In this document: positions 1 to 15,100 of the stretch, piece after piece
How positions within the stretch are numbered: position 1 is the stretch's first letter
How the letters are laid out: every line of letters begins with the position of its first letter
DNA from: the human T2T-CHM13v2.0 reference genome, Homo sapiens
Length of the DNA: 64,000 nucleotides
NCBI RefSeq assembly: GCF_009914755.1
Contig: NC_060933.1
Strand: one strand, 5' to 3'
Translations under genes and position numbers: made by a program
Notes under the pieces: model-generated
Databases searched by the model: none
What the model was told of the DNA's origin: nothing
Seen by the model: only the letters and a program-made list of their open reading frames with translations

Positions 1-689
1 TCGATTGCAATCGAATGGAATGGAATGGAATTAACCCGAATAGAATGGAATGGAATGGAATGGAACGGAACGGAATGGAATGGAATGGAATGGAATGGAA
101 TGGAATGGAATCAACCCGAGTGCAATGGAATGGAGTGGAATGGAATGGAATGGAATGGAACAACCCGAATGGAATGGAATGTAATGGAGAGTAAGGGAGT
201 TGAAAAGAATAATTCCGAATGTAATGGAATGGAATGGAACGGAATGGAATGGAATGGAATGGAATGGAATTGAATGGAATGGAATGCAATGGAATGGAAA
301 CAACCCGAGTACAATGGAATGGAATGGAATGGAATGGAATGGAATGGAATGGAATGGAATGGAATGCAATGGAATGGAATGCAATGGAATGGAATCTTCA
401 GGAATGGAATGGAATGGAATGGAATGGAATGGAATGGAATGCAATGGATTCAACTCGATTGCAATGGAATGGAATAGAATGGAATGGAATGGAATGGAAT
501 GGAATGGAATGGAATTAAACCGAATAGAATGGAATGGAATTGAATGGAACGGAACAGAACGGAACGGAACGGAACGGAGTGGAATGGAATGGAATGGAAT
601 TGTATGAAATGGAATGGAGTGGTACGGAATAGAATGGAATGGAAAGAATTGGAATGGAATGGAATGGAATGGAATGGAATGGAATGGAA

Positions 690-3600
690 TGGAATCAACC
701 CGAGTGCAATCGAATGGAGTGGAATGGAATGGAATAGAATGGAACAACCCGAATGGAATGGAATGTAATGGAGAGTAAGGGAGTTGAATAGAATCAATCC
801 GAATGTAATGGAATGGAATGCAACGGAATGGAATGGAATGGAATGGAATGGAATGCAATGGAATGGAATCAACCCGAGTACAATGGAATGGAATGGAATG
901 GAATGGAATGGAATGGAATGATACGGAATAGAATGGAATGGAACGAAATGGAATGGAATGGAATGGAATGGAATGGAATGGAATGGAATGGAATGGAATC
1001 GTTCCGAGTGGAATAGGAGGGAATGTATTCGAGTGGAATGGAAAGGAATGGAATCAACCAGAGTGGAATGGAAGGGAATGGAATGGAATGGAAACTAATA
1101 GAATGGAATCAACCAGAGTGGAATGGAATGGAAAGGACTGGAATGGAATGGAATGGAATGGAATCAACTGGATTGTAATGGAATGGAATGGAATGGAATG
1201 GAATGGAATGGAATGGAATGGAATTAACCCGAATACAATGGAATGGAATGGAATGGAGTGGAATGGAATGGAATCAACCCGAGTGCAGGGGAATGGAATG
1301 GAATGGAATGCAATGGAATGGAATCATCCGGAATGGAATGGAATGGAATGGAATGCAAAGCAATGGAATCAACTCGATTGCAATGGAATGGAATGGAATG
1401 GAAAGGAATACATTGGAATCAACCCGAGTGGAATGGAAAGGAAAGGACTGGAATGAAGTGGAATGGAATGGAATGGAATGGAATGGAATGGAATGGAATG
1501 GAATGGAATGGAATCAACTTGATTGGAATGGAATGGAATGGAATGGAATGGAATGGAATGGAATCAACCCGACTGCAGGGGAATGGAATGGAATGGAATG
1601 CAATGGAATGGATTCAAGTTGAATGGAATGGAAAGAATGGAATCAACACGAGTGGAATGGCATGTATTGGAATGGAATGGAATGGAATCAACCCGAGTAC
1701 AGGGGAATGGAATGGAATGGAATGCAATGGAATGGAATCATCCGTAATGGAATGGAAAGGAATGGAATGGAATGGAATGGAATGGAATGGAATGGAATGG
1801 AATTGAATGGAATGGATTCAACTCGATTGCAATCGAATGGAATGGAATGGAATTAACCCGAATAGAATGGAATGGAATGGAATGGAACGGAAGGGAACGG
1901 AACGGAATGGAATGGAATGGAATGGAATGGAATGGAATGGAATTAACCCGAATAGAATCGAATGGAATGGAATGGAACGGAATGGAACGGAATGGAATGG
2001 AATGGAATGGAATGGAATGGAATGGAATGGTATGGAATGGAATGGAATGGTACGGAATAGAATGGAATGGAACGAATTGTAATGGAATGGAATTGAATGG
2101 AATGGAATGGAATGGAATGGAATCAACGCGAGTGCAGGGGAATGTAATGGAACGGAATGCAATGGAAAGGAATCATCCGGAATGGAATGGAATGGAATGG
2201 AATGGAATGGAATGGAATGGAATGGAATCAACCCGAGTGCAATGGAATGGAGTGCAATGGAATGGAATGGAATGGAACAACCCGAATGGAATGTAATGTA
2301 ATGGAGAGTAAGGGAGTTGAATAGAATCAATCCGAATGTAATGGAATGGAATGCAACGGAATGGAATGGAATGGAATGGAATGGAATGGAATGGAATGGA
2401 ATCAACCCGAGTGGAATGGCATGAAATGGAATGCAATGGAATGGAATGGAATGGAATCAACTCGAGTGGAAAGGAATGGAATGGAATGGAATGAAATCAA
2501 CTCGAGTGGAATGGAATGGAATGGAATAGATTGGAATGGATTGCAACGGAATGAAATGGAATGGAATGGAATGGAATCAATCATTCCGAGTGGAATGGAA
2601 GGGAATGTAATGGACTGGAAAGAAGGGAATGGAATCAATCCGATTGGAATGCAAGGCAATGGAATGGAATGGAAAGGAATGGAATGCAATCAACTCGATT
2701 GCAATGGAATGGAATGGAATGGAATGGAATGGAATTAACCGGAATAGAATGGAATGCAATGGAATGGATTCAACTTGAATGGAATGGAAAGAATGGAAAC
2801 AACAAGAGTGGAATGGCATGGATTGGAATGGAATGGAATGGAATCAACCCGAGTACAGGGGAATGGAATGGAATGGAATGCAATGGAATGGAATCATCCG
2901 TAATGGAATGGAAAGGAAAGGAATGGAATGGAATGGAATGGATTGGAATGGAATGGAATCAACTCGATTGCAATCGAATGGAATGGAATGGAATTAACCC
3001 GAAAAGAATGGAATGGAATGGAATGGAACGGAACGGAACGGAATGGAATGGATTGGAATGGAATGGAATGGAATGGAATGGAATGGAATGGAACGGAAAG
3101 GAATGGAATGGAATGGAAGGGAATGGAATGGAATGGAATGGAATGGAATGGAATCAACGCGAGTGCAGGGGAATCGAATGGAATGGAATGCAATGGAATG
3201 GAATCTTCCGGAATGCAATGGAATGGAATGGAATGGAATGGAATGGAATGGAATGGAATGGAATAAACCCGAGTGCAATGGAATGGAGTGGAATGGAATG
3301 GAATGGAATGGAACAACCCGAATGGAATGGAATGTAATGGAGAGTAAGGGAGTTGAATAGAATCAATCCGAATGTAATGGAATGCAATGGAACGGAATGG
3401 AATTGAATGGAATGGAATGGAATGCAATGGAATGGAATCAACCCGAGTGCAAAGGAATGGAGAGGAATGGAATGGAATAGAATGGAAACTACCCGAATGG
3501 AATGGAATGTAATGGAGTGTAAGGGAATTGAATAGAATCAATCCGAATGTAATGGAATGGAATGGAACGGAATGGAATGGAATGGAATGGAATGGAATGC

Positions 3601-6480
3601 AATGGAATGGAATCAACCAGAGTGCAATCGAATGGAATCGAATGAATGGAATGCAATGGAATGGATTCAACTTGAATGGAATGGAAAGAATGGAATCAAC
3701 ACGAGTGGAATGGCATGGATTGGAATGGAATGGAATGGAATCAACCCGAGTACAGGGGAATGGAATGGAATGGAATGCAATGGAATGGAATCATCCGTAA
3801 TGGAATTGAAAGGAATGGAATGGAATGGAATGGAATGGAATGGAATGGAATGGAATGGAATCAACTCGATTGCAATCGAATGGAATGGAATGGAATTAAC
3901 CAGAAGAGAATGGAATGGAATAGAATGGAACAGAACGGAATGGAATGGAATGGAATGGAATGGAACGGAACGGAATGGAATGGAATGGAATGGAATGCAA
4001 TGGAATGGAAACTTCCGGAATGGAATGGAATGGAATGGAGTGGAATGAAATGCAATGGATTCAACTCGATTGCAATGGAATGGAATAGAATGGAATGGAA
4101 TGGAATGGAATGGAATTAATCCGAATAGAATGGAATGGAATGGAATGGAACGGAATGGAACGGAATGGAATGGAATGGATTGGTATGGAATGGAATGGAA
4201 TGGTACGGAATAGAATGGAATGGAACGAATTGTAATGGAATGGAATTGAATGGAATGGAATGGAATGGAATGGAATCAACGCGAGTGCAGAGGAATGTAA
4301 TGGAACGGAATGCAATGGAATGGAATCATCCGGAATGGAATGGAATGGAATGGAATGGAATGGAATGGAATGGAATCAACCCGAGTGCAATGGAATGGAG
4401 TGGAATGGAATGGAATGGAATGGAACAACCCGAATGGAATGGAATGTAATGGAGAGTAAGGGAGTTGAATAGAATCAATCCGAATGTAATGGAATGGAAT
4501 GCAACGGAATGGAATGGAATGGAATGGAATGCAATGGAATGGAATCAACCCGAGTACAATGGAATGGAATGGAATGGAATGGAATGGAATGGAATGGAAT
4601 GGAATGGAATGCAATGGAATGGAATGGAATGATACGTAATAGAATGGAATGGAACGAAATGGAATGGAATGGAATGGAATGGAATGGAATGGAATGGAAT
4701 GGAATGGAATCGTTCCGAGTGGAATAGGAGGGAATGTATTCCAGTGGAATGGAAAGGAATGGAATCAACCAGAGTGGAATGGAAGGGAATGGAATGGAAT
4801 GGAATCTAATAGAATGGAATCAACCCAAGTGGAATGGAATGGAAAAGACTGGAATGGAATGGAATGGAATGGAATCAACTCGATTGTTATGGAATGGAAT
4901 GGAATGGAATGAAATGGAATGGAATTAACCTGAATACAATGGAATGGAATGGAACGGAATGGAGTGGAATGGAATGGAATCAACCCGAGTGCAGGGGAAT
5001 GGAATGGAATGGAATGCAATGGAATGGAATGGAATGGAATGGAATGCAAAGCAATGGAATCAACTCGATTGCAATGGAATGGAATGGAATGGAAAGGAAT
5101 ACATTGGAATTAACCCGAGTGGAATGGAATGGAAAGGACTGGAATGGAGTGGAATAGAATGGAATGGAATGGAATGGAATGGAATGGAATCAACTTGATT
5201 AGAATGGAATGGAATGGAATGGAATGGAATGGAATGGAATTAACCCGAATAGAACGGAATGGAAGGGAATGGAACGGAACGGAACGGATTGGAATGGAAT
5301 GGAATGGAATGGAATGGAATGGAATCGAATCAACCCGACTGCAGGGGAATGGAATGGAATGGAATGCAATGGAATGGATTCAACTTGAATGGAATGGAAA
5401 GAATGGAATCAACACGAGTGGAAGGGCATGGATTGGAATGGAATGTAATGGAATGGAATGGAATGGAATGGAATCAACGCGACTGCAGGGGAATGGAATG
5501 GAATGGAATGCAATGGAATGGAATCTTCCGGAATGGAATGGAATGGAATGGAATGGAATGAAATGCAATGGATTCAACTCGATTGCAATGGAATGGAATA
5601 GAATGGAATGGAATGGAATGGAATGGAATTAACCCGAATAGAATGGAATGGATTGGAATGGAACGGAATGGAACGGAATGGAATGGAATGGAATGGAATG
5701 GAATGGAATGGAATGGAATGGTATGGAATGGAATGGAATGGTACGGAATAGAATGGAATGGAACGAATTGTAATGGAATGGAATTGAATGGAATGGAATG
5801 GAATGGAATGGAATCAACGCGAGTGCAGGGGAATGTAATGGAACGGAATGCAATGGAATGGCATCATCCGGAATGGAATGGAATGGAATGGAATGCAATG
5901 GAATCAACCCGAGTGTAATGGAATGGAGTGGAATGGAATGGAATGGAATGGAACAACCCGAATGGAATGGAATGGAATGGAGAGTAAGGGAGTTGAATAG
6001 AATCAATCCGAATGTAATGGAATGGAATGCAACGGAATGGAATGGAATGGAATGGAATGGAATGGAATGGAATGGAATGGAATGCAAAGGAATGGAATCA
6101 ACCCGAGTGGAATTGCAAGGAATGGAATGCAATGGAATGGAAGGGAATGGAATCAACTCGAGTGGAAAGGAATGGAATGGAATGGAAAGGAATGGAATGA
6201 AATCAACTGGAGTGGAATGGAATGGAATGGAATGGATTGGAATGGATTGCAACGGAATGAAATGGAATGGAATGGAATGGAATCAATCATTCCGAGTGGA
6301 ATGGAAGGGAATGTAATGGAGTGGAAAGAAGGGAATGGAATCAACCCGATTGGAATGCAAGGCAATGGAATGGAATGGAAAGGAATGGAATGGAATCAAC
6401 TCGATTACAATGGAATGGAATGGAATGGAATGGAATGCAATGGAATTAACCGGAATAGAATGGAATGCAATGGAATGGAA
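690..6480 (+). repeat. Diverged direct repeat pair, ~690-2760 vs ~4380-6480, offset ~3.7 kb
   Basis: Landmarks recur at a near-constant offset: tcgttccgag 999/4710, gcaaagcaatgg ~1355/~5046, tcaatcattccgag 2577/6283. The copies differ internally around 1700-1900 vs 5450-5650. Confidence 0.6.
3200..3214. promoter_or_regulatory. Perfect three-unit heat-shock element consensus (gGAAt cTTCc gGAAt); representative of about 35 copies between 391 and 63816
   Basis: The sequence ggaatcttccggaat matches nGAAn-nTTCn-nGAAn exactly. HSF1 binding to satellite III is established for nuclear stress bodies. Occupancy of this particular array is not shown by the sequence. Confidence 0.55.
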
Positions 6481-8312
6481 CGGAATGGAATGGAATGGAA
6501 GGTAATGGAATCAACACGAGTGCAGGGTAACGGAATGGAATGGAATGCAATGGAATGGAATCATCCGCAATGGAATAGAATGGAATGGAATCAACTCCAT
6601 TGCAATGGAATAGAATGGAATGGAATGGAATAGAATGGAATGGAATTAACCCGAATAGAATGGAATGCAATATAATGGAATGGAACGGAACCGAATGGAG
6701 TGGAATGGAATGGAATGGAATGCAATCAACCTGAGTGCAGGGGAATGGAATGGAATGGAATGCAATGGAATGGAATCATCCGGAATGGATTGGAATGGAA
6801 TGGAATGGAATCAAACCGAGTGCAATGGAATGGAGTGAAATGGAATGGAATGGAATGGAAACAACCAGAATGGATTTGAATATAATGGAGTGTAAGGGAA
6901 TTGAATAGAATCAATCTGAATGTAATGAAATGGAATGGAACGGAATGGAATGGAATGGAATGGAATCGAATGGAATGGAATGGAATGGAATCAACCCGAG
7001 TGCAATGGAATGGATTCGAATGGAATGGAATGGAGTGGAATGGATTCAACCCGAATGGAATGGAAAGGAATGGATTCAACCCGAGTGGAATGGCATGGAA
7101 TGGAATGGAATGGAATGGAATGGAATGGAATGGTTCGGAATAGAATGGATTGGAACAAAATGGAATGGAATGGAATGGAATGGAATGGAATGGAATGGAA
7201 TGGAATCAAGTCGATTGCAATGGAATAGAATGGAATGGAATGGAACGGATTGGAATGGAATGGAATGGAATGGAATGGAATTAAATGGAATGGAAAGGAA
7301 TGGAATCAACCCGAGTGCAGGGGAAAGGAATGGAATGGAATGCAATGGAATGGAATGGAATGGAATGGAATGGAATGGAATGGAATGGAATGGAATCAAC
7401 CCGAGTGGAATGGCATGGAATGGAATGTAATGGAATGGAATGGAATGGAATCAACTCGAGTGGAAAGGAATGGAATGGAATGGAAAGGAATGGAATGAAA
7501 TCAACTCGAGTGGAATGGAATGGAATGGAATGGATTGGAATGGATTGCAATGGAATGAAATGGAATTTAATGGAATGGAATCAATCATTCCGAGTGGAAT
7601 GGAAGGTAATGTAATGGAGTGGAAAGAAGGGAATGGAATCAACCCGAGTGCAATGGAATGGGGAGGAATGGAATGGAATGGAATGGAAACTACCCGAATG
7701 GCATGGAATGTAATGGAGTGTAAGGGAATTGAATAGAATCAACCTGAATGGAATGGAATGGAATGGAATGGAATGGAATGGAATGCAATGGAATGGAATC
7801 AACCCGAGTGCAATCGAATGGAATCGAATTGAATGGAATGCAATGGAATGGATTCAAATTGAATGGAATGGAAAGAATGGAATCAACACGAGTGGAATGG
7901 CATGGATTGGAATGGAATGGAATGGAATCAACCCGAGTACAGGGGAATGGAATGGAATGGAATGCAATGGAATGGAATGATCCGTAATGGAATGGAAAGG
8001 AATGGAATGGAATGGAATGGAATGGAATGGAATGGAATCAACTCGATTGCAATCGAATGGAATGGAATGGAATTAACCCGAATAGAATGGAATGGAATGG
8101 AAGAGAACGGAACGGAATGGAATGGAATGGAATGGAATGGAATGGAACGGAAAGGAATGGAATGGAATGGAATCAACGCGAGTGCAGGGGAATGGAATGG
8201 AATGGAATGGAATGCAATGGAATGGAATCTTCCGGAATGGAATGGAATGGAATGGAATGGAATCAACCCGAGTGCAATGGAATGGAGTGGAATGGAATGG
8301 AATGGAATGGAA

Positions 8313-8412
8313 CAACCCGAATGGAATGGAATGTAATGGAGAGTAACGGAGTTGAATAGAATCAACCCGAATGGAATGGAATGTAATGGAGAGTAACGGA
8401 GTTGAATAGAAT
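8313..8412 (+). repeat. Exact 50-bp tandem duplication
   Basis: caacccgaatggaatggaatgtaatggagagtaacggagttgaatagaat occurs twice head-to-tail (8313-8362, 8363-8412). Both copies carry the private variant gtaacggag, where the usual form is gtaagggag. Confidence 0.92.
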
Positions 8413-9119
8413 CAATCCGAATGTAATGGAATGGAATGGAACGGAATGGAATTGAATGGAATGGAATGGAATGCAATGGAATGGAATCAACCCGAGTGCA
8501 ATGGAATGGAGAGGAATGGAATGGAATGGAATGGAAACTACCCGAATGGAATGGAATGTAATGGAGTGTAAGGGAATTGAATAGAATCAATCCGAATGTA
8601 ATGGAATGGAATGGAACGGAATGGAATGGAATGGAATGGAATGGAATGGAATGCAATGGAATGGAATCAACCCGAGTGAAATCGAATGGAATCGAATGGA
8701 ATGGAATGCAATGGAATGGATTCAACTTGAATGGAATGGAAAGAATGGAATCAACACGAGTGGAATGGCATGGATTGGAATGGAATGGAATGGAATCAAC
8801 CCGAGTACAGGGGAATGGAATAGAATGGAATGCAATGGAATGGAGTCATCCGTAATGGAAAGGAATGGAATGGAATGGAATGGAATGGAATGGAATCAAC
8901 TCGATTCCAATCGAATGGAATGGAATGGAATTAACCTGAATAGAATGGAATGGAATGGAATGGAACGGAACTGAATGGAATGGAATGGAATGGAATCGTA
9001 CGGAACGGAACGGAATGGAATGGAATGGAATGGAATGGAATCAACGCGAGTGCAGGGGAATGGAATGGAATGGAATGCAATGGAATGGAATCTTCCGGAA
9101 TGGAATGGAATGGAATGGA

Positions 9120-12100
9120 ATGGAATGGAATCAACTCGATTGCAATCGAATGGAATGGAATGGAATTAACCCGAATAGAATGGAATGGAATGGAATGGAA
9201 CGGAACGTAATGGAATGGAATGGAATTGAATGGAATGGAACGGAACGGAATGGAATGGAATGGAATGGAATGGAATCAACGCGAGTGCAGGGGAATGGAA
9301 TGGAATGGAATGCAATGGAATGGAATCTTCCGGAATGGAATGGAATGGAATGGAATGGAATGAAATGCAATGGGTTCAACTCGATTGCAATGAAATGGAA
9401 TAGAATGGAATGGAATGGAATGGAATGGAATTAATTCGAATAGAATGGAATGGAACGGAATGGAACGGAATGGAATGGAATGGTATGGAATGGAATGGAA
9501 TGGTACGGAATAGAATGGAATGGAACGAATTCTAATGGAATGGAATTGAATGGAATGGAATGGAATGGAATGGAATCAACGCGAGTGCAGGGGAATGTAA
9601 TGGAACGGAATGCAATGGAATGGAATCATCCGCAATGGAATGGAATGGAATGGAATGGAATGGAATCAACCCGACTGCAATGGAATGGAGTGGAATGGAA
9701 TGGAATGGAATGGAACAACCCGAATGGAATGGAATGTAATGGAGAGTAAGGGAGTTGAATAGAATCAATCCGAATGTAATGGAATGGAATACAACGGAAT
9801 GGAATGGAATGGAATGGAATGGAATGCAATGGAATTGAATCAACCCGAGTACAATGGAATGGAATGGAATGGAATGGAATGGAAGGGAATGGAATGGAAT
9901 GGAATGATACGGAACAGAATGGAATGGAACGAAATGGAATGGAATGGAATGGAATGGAATGGAATGGAATGGAATGGAATGGAATCGTTCCGAGTGGAAT
10001 AGGAGGGAATGTATTCGAGTGGAATGGAAAGGAATGGAATCAACCAGAGTGGAATGGAAGGGAATGGAATGGAATGGAAACAAATAGAATGGAATCAACC
10101 CGAGAGGAATGGAATGGAAAGGACTGGAATGGAATGGAATGGAATGGAATCAACTCGATTGTAATGGAATGGAATGGAATGGAATGGAATGGAATGGAAT
10201 GGAATTAACCCGAATACAATGCAATGGAATGGAATGGAACGGAATGGAGTGGAATGGAATGGAATCAACCCGAGTGCAGGGGAATGGAATGGAATGGAAT
10301 GCAATGGAATGGAATCATCAGGAATGGAATGGAATGGAATGGAATGCAAAGCAATGGAATCAACTCGATTGCAATGGAATGGAATGGAATGGAAAGGAAT
10401 ACATTGGAATCAACCCGAGTGGAATGGAATGGAAAGGACTGGAATGGAGTGGAATGGAATGGAATGGAATGGAATGGAATCAACTCGATTGGAATGGAAT
10501 GGAATGGAATGGAATGGAATTAACCCGAATAGAATGGAATGGAATGGAATGGAAAGGAACGGAACGGAATGGAATGGAATGGAATGGAATGGAATGGAAT
10601 GGAATGGAATGGAAACAACCCGACTGCAGGGGAATGGAATGGAATGGAATGCAATGGAATGGATTCAACTTGAATGTAATGGAAAGAATGGAATCAACAC
10701 GAGTGTAATGGCATGGATTGGAATGGAATGGAATGGAATCTACCCGAATATAGGGGAATGGAATGCAATGGAATGCAATGGAATGGAATCATCCGTAAGG
10801 GAATGGAAAGGAATGGAATGGAATGGAATGGAATGGAATGGAATGGAATCAACTCGATTGCAATCGAATGGAATGGAATGAAATTAACCCGAATAGAATG
10901 GAATGGAATGGAATGGAACGGAAAGGAACGGAATGGAATGGATTGGAATGCAATGGAATGGAATGGAATAGAACGGAAAGGAATGGAATGGAATGGAATG
11001 GAATGGAATGGAATGGAATGGAATCAACGCGAGTGCAGGGGAATGGAATGGAATGGAATGCAATGGAATGGAATCTTCCGGGATGGAATGGAATGGAATG
11101 GAATGGAATGGAATGGAATGGAATAAACCCGAGTGCAATGGAATGGAGTGGAATGGAATGGAATGGAATGGAACAACCCGAATGGAATGGAATGTAATGG
11201 AGAGTAAGGGAGTTGAATAGAATCAATCCGAATGTAATGGAATGGAAAGGAACGGAATGGAATTGAATGGAATGGAATGGAATGCAATGGAATGGAATCA
11301 ACCCGAGTTCAATGGAATGGAGAGGAATGGAATGGAATGGAATGGAAACTGCCCGAATGGAATGGAATGTAATGGAGTGTAAGGGAATTGAATAGAATCA
11401 ATCCGAATGTAATGGAATGGAATGGAACGGAGTGGAATGGAATGGAATGGAATGGAATGCAATGGAACGGAATCAACCCGAGTGCAATCGAATGGAATCG
11501 AATGGAATGGAATGCAATGGAATGGATTCAACTTGAATGGAATGGAAAGAATGGAATCAACACGAGTGGAAGGGCATGGATTGGAATGCAATGGAATGGA
11601 ATCAACCCGAGTACAGGGGAATGGAACGGAATGGAATGCAATGGAATGGAATCATCCGTAATGGAATGGAAAGGAATGGAATGGAATGGAATGGAATGGA
11701 ATGGAATCCACTCGATTGCAATTGAATGGAATGGAATGGAATTAACCCGAATAGAATGGAATGGAATGGAATGGAACAGAACGGAATGGAATGGAATGGA
11801 ATGCAATGGAATGGAATCTTCCGGAATGGAATGGAATGGAATGGAATCAACCCGAGTGCAATGGAATGGAGTGGAATGGAATGGAATGGAATGGAACAAC
11901 CCGAATGGAATGGAATGTAATGGAGAGTAAGGGAGTTGAATAGAATCAATCCGAATGTAATGGAATGGAATGGAACGGAATGGAATTGAATGGAATGGAA
12001 TGGAATGCAATGGAATGCAATCAACCCGAGTGCAAAGGAATGGAGAGGAATGGAATGGAATGGAATGGAAACTACCCGAATGGAATGGAATGTAATGGAG

Positions 12101-15100
12101 TGTAAGGGAATTGAATAGAATCAATCCGAATGTAATGGAATGGAATGGAACGGAACGGAATGGAATGGAATGGAATGGAATGGAATGGAATGCATGGAAT
12201 GGAATCAACCCGAGTGCAATCGAATAGAATCGAATGGAATGGAATACAATGGAATGGATTCAACTTCAATGGAATGCAAAGAATGTAACCAACACGAGTG
12301 GAATGGCATGGATTGGAATGGAATGGAATGGAATCAACCCGAGTACAGGGGAATGGAATGGAATGGAATGGAATGGAATGCAATAGAATGGAATCATCCG
12401 TAATGGAATGGAAAGGAATGGAATGGAATGGAATGGAATGGAATGGAATGGAATGGAATGGAATGGAATCAACTCGATTGCAATCGAATGGAATGGAATG
12501 GAATTAACCCGAATAGAATGGAATGGAATGGAATGGAATGGAACGGAACTGAATGGAATGGAATGGAATGGAACGGAAAGGAATGCAATGGAATGGAATG
12601 GAATGGAATGGAATGGAATGGAATCACCTCGAGTGCAGGGGAATGGAATGGAATGGAATGCAATGGAATGGAATCTTCCGGAATGGAATGGAATGGAATG
12701 GAATGGAATGGAATGGAATGGAATGAAATGCAATGGATAAAACTCGATTGCAATGGAATGGAATAGAATGGAATGGAATGGAATGGAATGGAATTAATCC
12801 GAATAGAATGGAATGGAATGGAATGGAATGGAATGGAATCAACCCGAGTGCAATGGAATGGAGTGGAATGGAATGGAATGGAATGGAACAACCCGAATGG
12901 AATGGAATGTAATGGAGAGTAAGGGAGTTGAATAGAATCAATCCGAATGTAATGGAATGGAATGGAACGGAATGGAATTGAATGGAATGGAATGGAATGC
13001 AATGGAATGGAATCAACCCGAGTGCAATGGAATGGAGAGGAATGGAATGGAATGGAATGGAAACTACCCGAATGGAATGGAATGTAATGGAGTGTAAGGG
13101 AATTGAATAGAATCAATCCGAAGGTAATGGAATGGAATGGAACGGAATGGAATGGAATGGAATGGAATGGAATGGAATGGAATGGAATGCAATGGAATGG
13201 AATCAACCCGAGCGCAATCGAATGGAATCGAATGGAATGGAATGCAATGGAATGGATTCAACTTGAATGGAATGGAAAGAATGGAATCAACACGAGTGGA
13301 ATGGCATGGATTGGAATGGAATGGAATGGAATCAACCCGAGTACAGGAGAATGGAATGGAATGGAATGCAATGGAATGGAATCATCCGTAATGGAATGGA
13401 AAGGAATGGAATGGAATGGAATGGAATGGAATGGAATGGAATCAACTCGATTGCAATCGAATCTAATGGAATGCAATTAACCCGAATAGAATGGAATGGA
13501 ATGGAATGGAACGGAACGGAATGGAATGGAATGGAATGGAATGGAACGGAACGGAATGGAATGGAATGGAATGGAATGGAATCAACGCGAGTGCAGGGGA
13601 ATGGAATGGAATGGAATGCAATGGAATGGAATCTTCCGGAATGGAATGGAATGGAATGGAATGGAATGAAATGCAATGGATTCAACTCGATTGCAATGGA
13701 ATGGAATAGAATGGAATGGAATGGAATGGAATGGAATTAATTCGAATAGAATGGAATGGAATGGAATGGAACGGAATGGAACGGAATGGAATGGAATGCA
13801 ATGGAATGGAATGGTATGGAATGGAATTGAATGCTACGGAATAGAATGGAATGGAACGAATTGTAATGGACTGGAATGGAATGGAATGGAATGGAATGGA
13901 ATGGAATCAACGCGAGTGTAGGGGAATGTAATGGAACGGAATGCAATGGAATGGAATCATCCGGAATGGAATGGAATGGAATGGAATGGAATGGAATCAA
14001 CCCGAGTGCAATGGAATGGAGTGGAATGGAATGGAATGGAATGGAACAACCCGAATGGAATGGAATGTAATGGAGAGTAAGGGAGTTGAATAGAATCAAT
14101 CCGAATGTAATGGAATGGAATGCAACGGAATGGAATGGAATGGAATGGAATGGAATGGAATGGAATGCAATGGAATTGAATCAACCCGAGTACAATGGAA
14201 TGGAATGGAATGGAATGGAATGGAAGGGAATGGAATGGAATGGAATGATACGGAATAGAATGGAATGGAACGAAATGGAATGGAATGGAATGGAATGGAA
14301 TAGTTCCGAGTGGAATACGAGGGAATGTATTCGAGTGGAATGGAAAGGAATGGAATCAACCAGAGTTGAATGGAAGGGAAAGGAATGGAATGGAAACTAA
14401 TAGAATGGAATCAACCCGAGAGGAATGGAATGGAAAGGACTGGAATGGAATGGAATGGAATGGAATCAACTCGATTGTAATGGAATGGAATGGAATGGAA
14501 TGGAATGGAATGGCATTAAACCGAATACAATGCAATGGAATGGAATGGAACGGAATGGAGTGGAATGGAATGGAATCAACCCAAGTGCAGGGGAATGCAA
14601 TGGAATGAAATGCAATGGAATGGAATCATCCGGAATGGAATGGAATGGAATGGAATGCAAAGCAATGGAATCAACTCGATTGCAATGGAATGGAATGCAA
14701 TGGAAAGGAATACATTGGAATCAACCCGAGTGGAATGGAATGGAAAGGACTGGAATGGAGTGGAATGGAATGGAATGGAATGGAATGGAATGGAATCAAC
14801 TCGATTGGAATGGAATGGAATGGAATGGAATGGAATGGAATGGAATGGAATCAACCCGACTGCAGGGGAATGGAATGGAATGCAATGCAATGGCATGGAT
14901 TCAACTTGAATGGAATGGAAAGAATGGAATCAACACGAGTGGAATGGCATGGATTTGAATGCAATGGAATGGAATCAACCCGAGTACAGGGGAATGGAAT
15001 GGAATGGAATGCAATGGAATGGAATCACCCGTAATGGAATGGAAAGGAATGGAATGCAATGGAATGGAATGGAATGGAATGGAATCAACTCGATTGCAAT

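Noticed and set aside
784-800. Imperfect palindrome ttgaatagaatcaa and short palindromes (ctcgag, tccgga, ttgcaa) as terminators or recombination sites
   Set aside because: The arms are only 3-4 bp and arise naturally from pentamer variants. No stem-loop long enough to support a function.
690-6480. Y-chromosome DYZ1 (~3.5 kb unit), suggested by the ~3.7 kb offset
   Set aside because: The offset does not persist beyond two diverged copies, other offsets are about 4.3, 4.0, 5.05, 2.5 and 3.1 kb, and I saw no periodic GGCC (HaeIII) site. A regular 1.8 kb chromosome 15-type unit is also not evident. A k-mer subfamily search is needed for real assignment.
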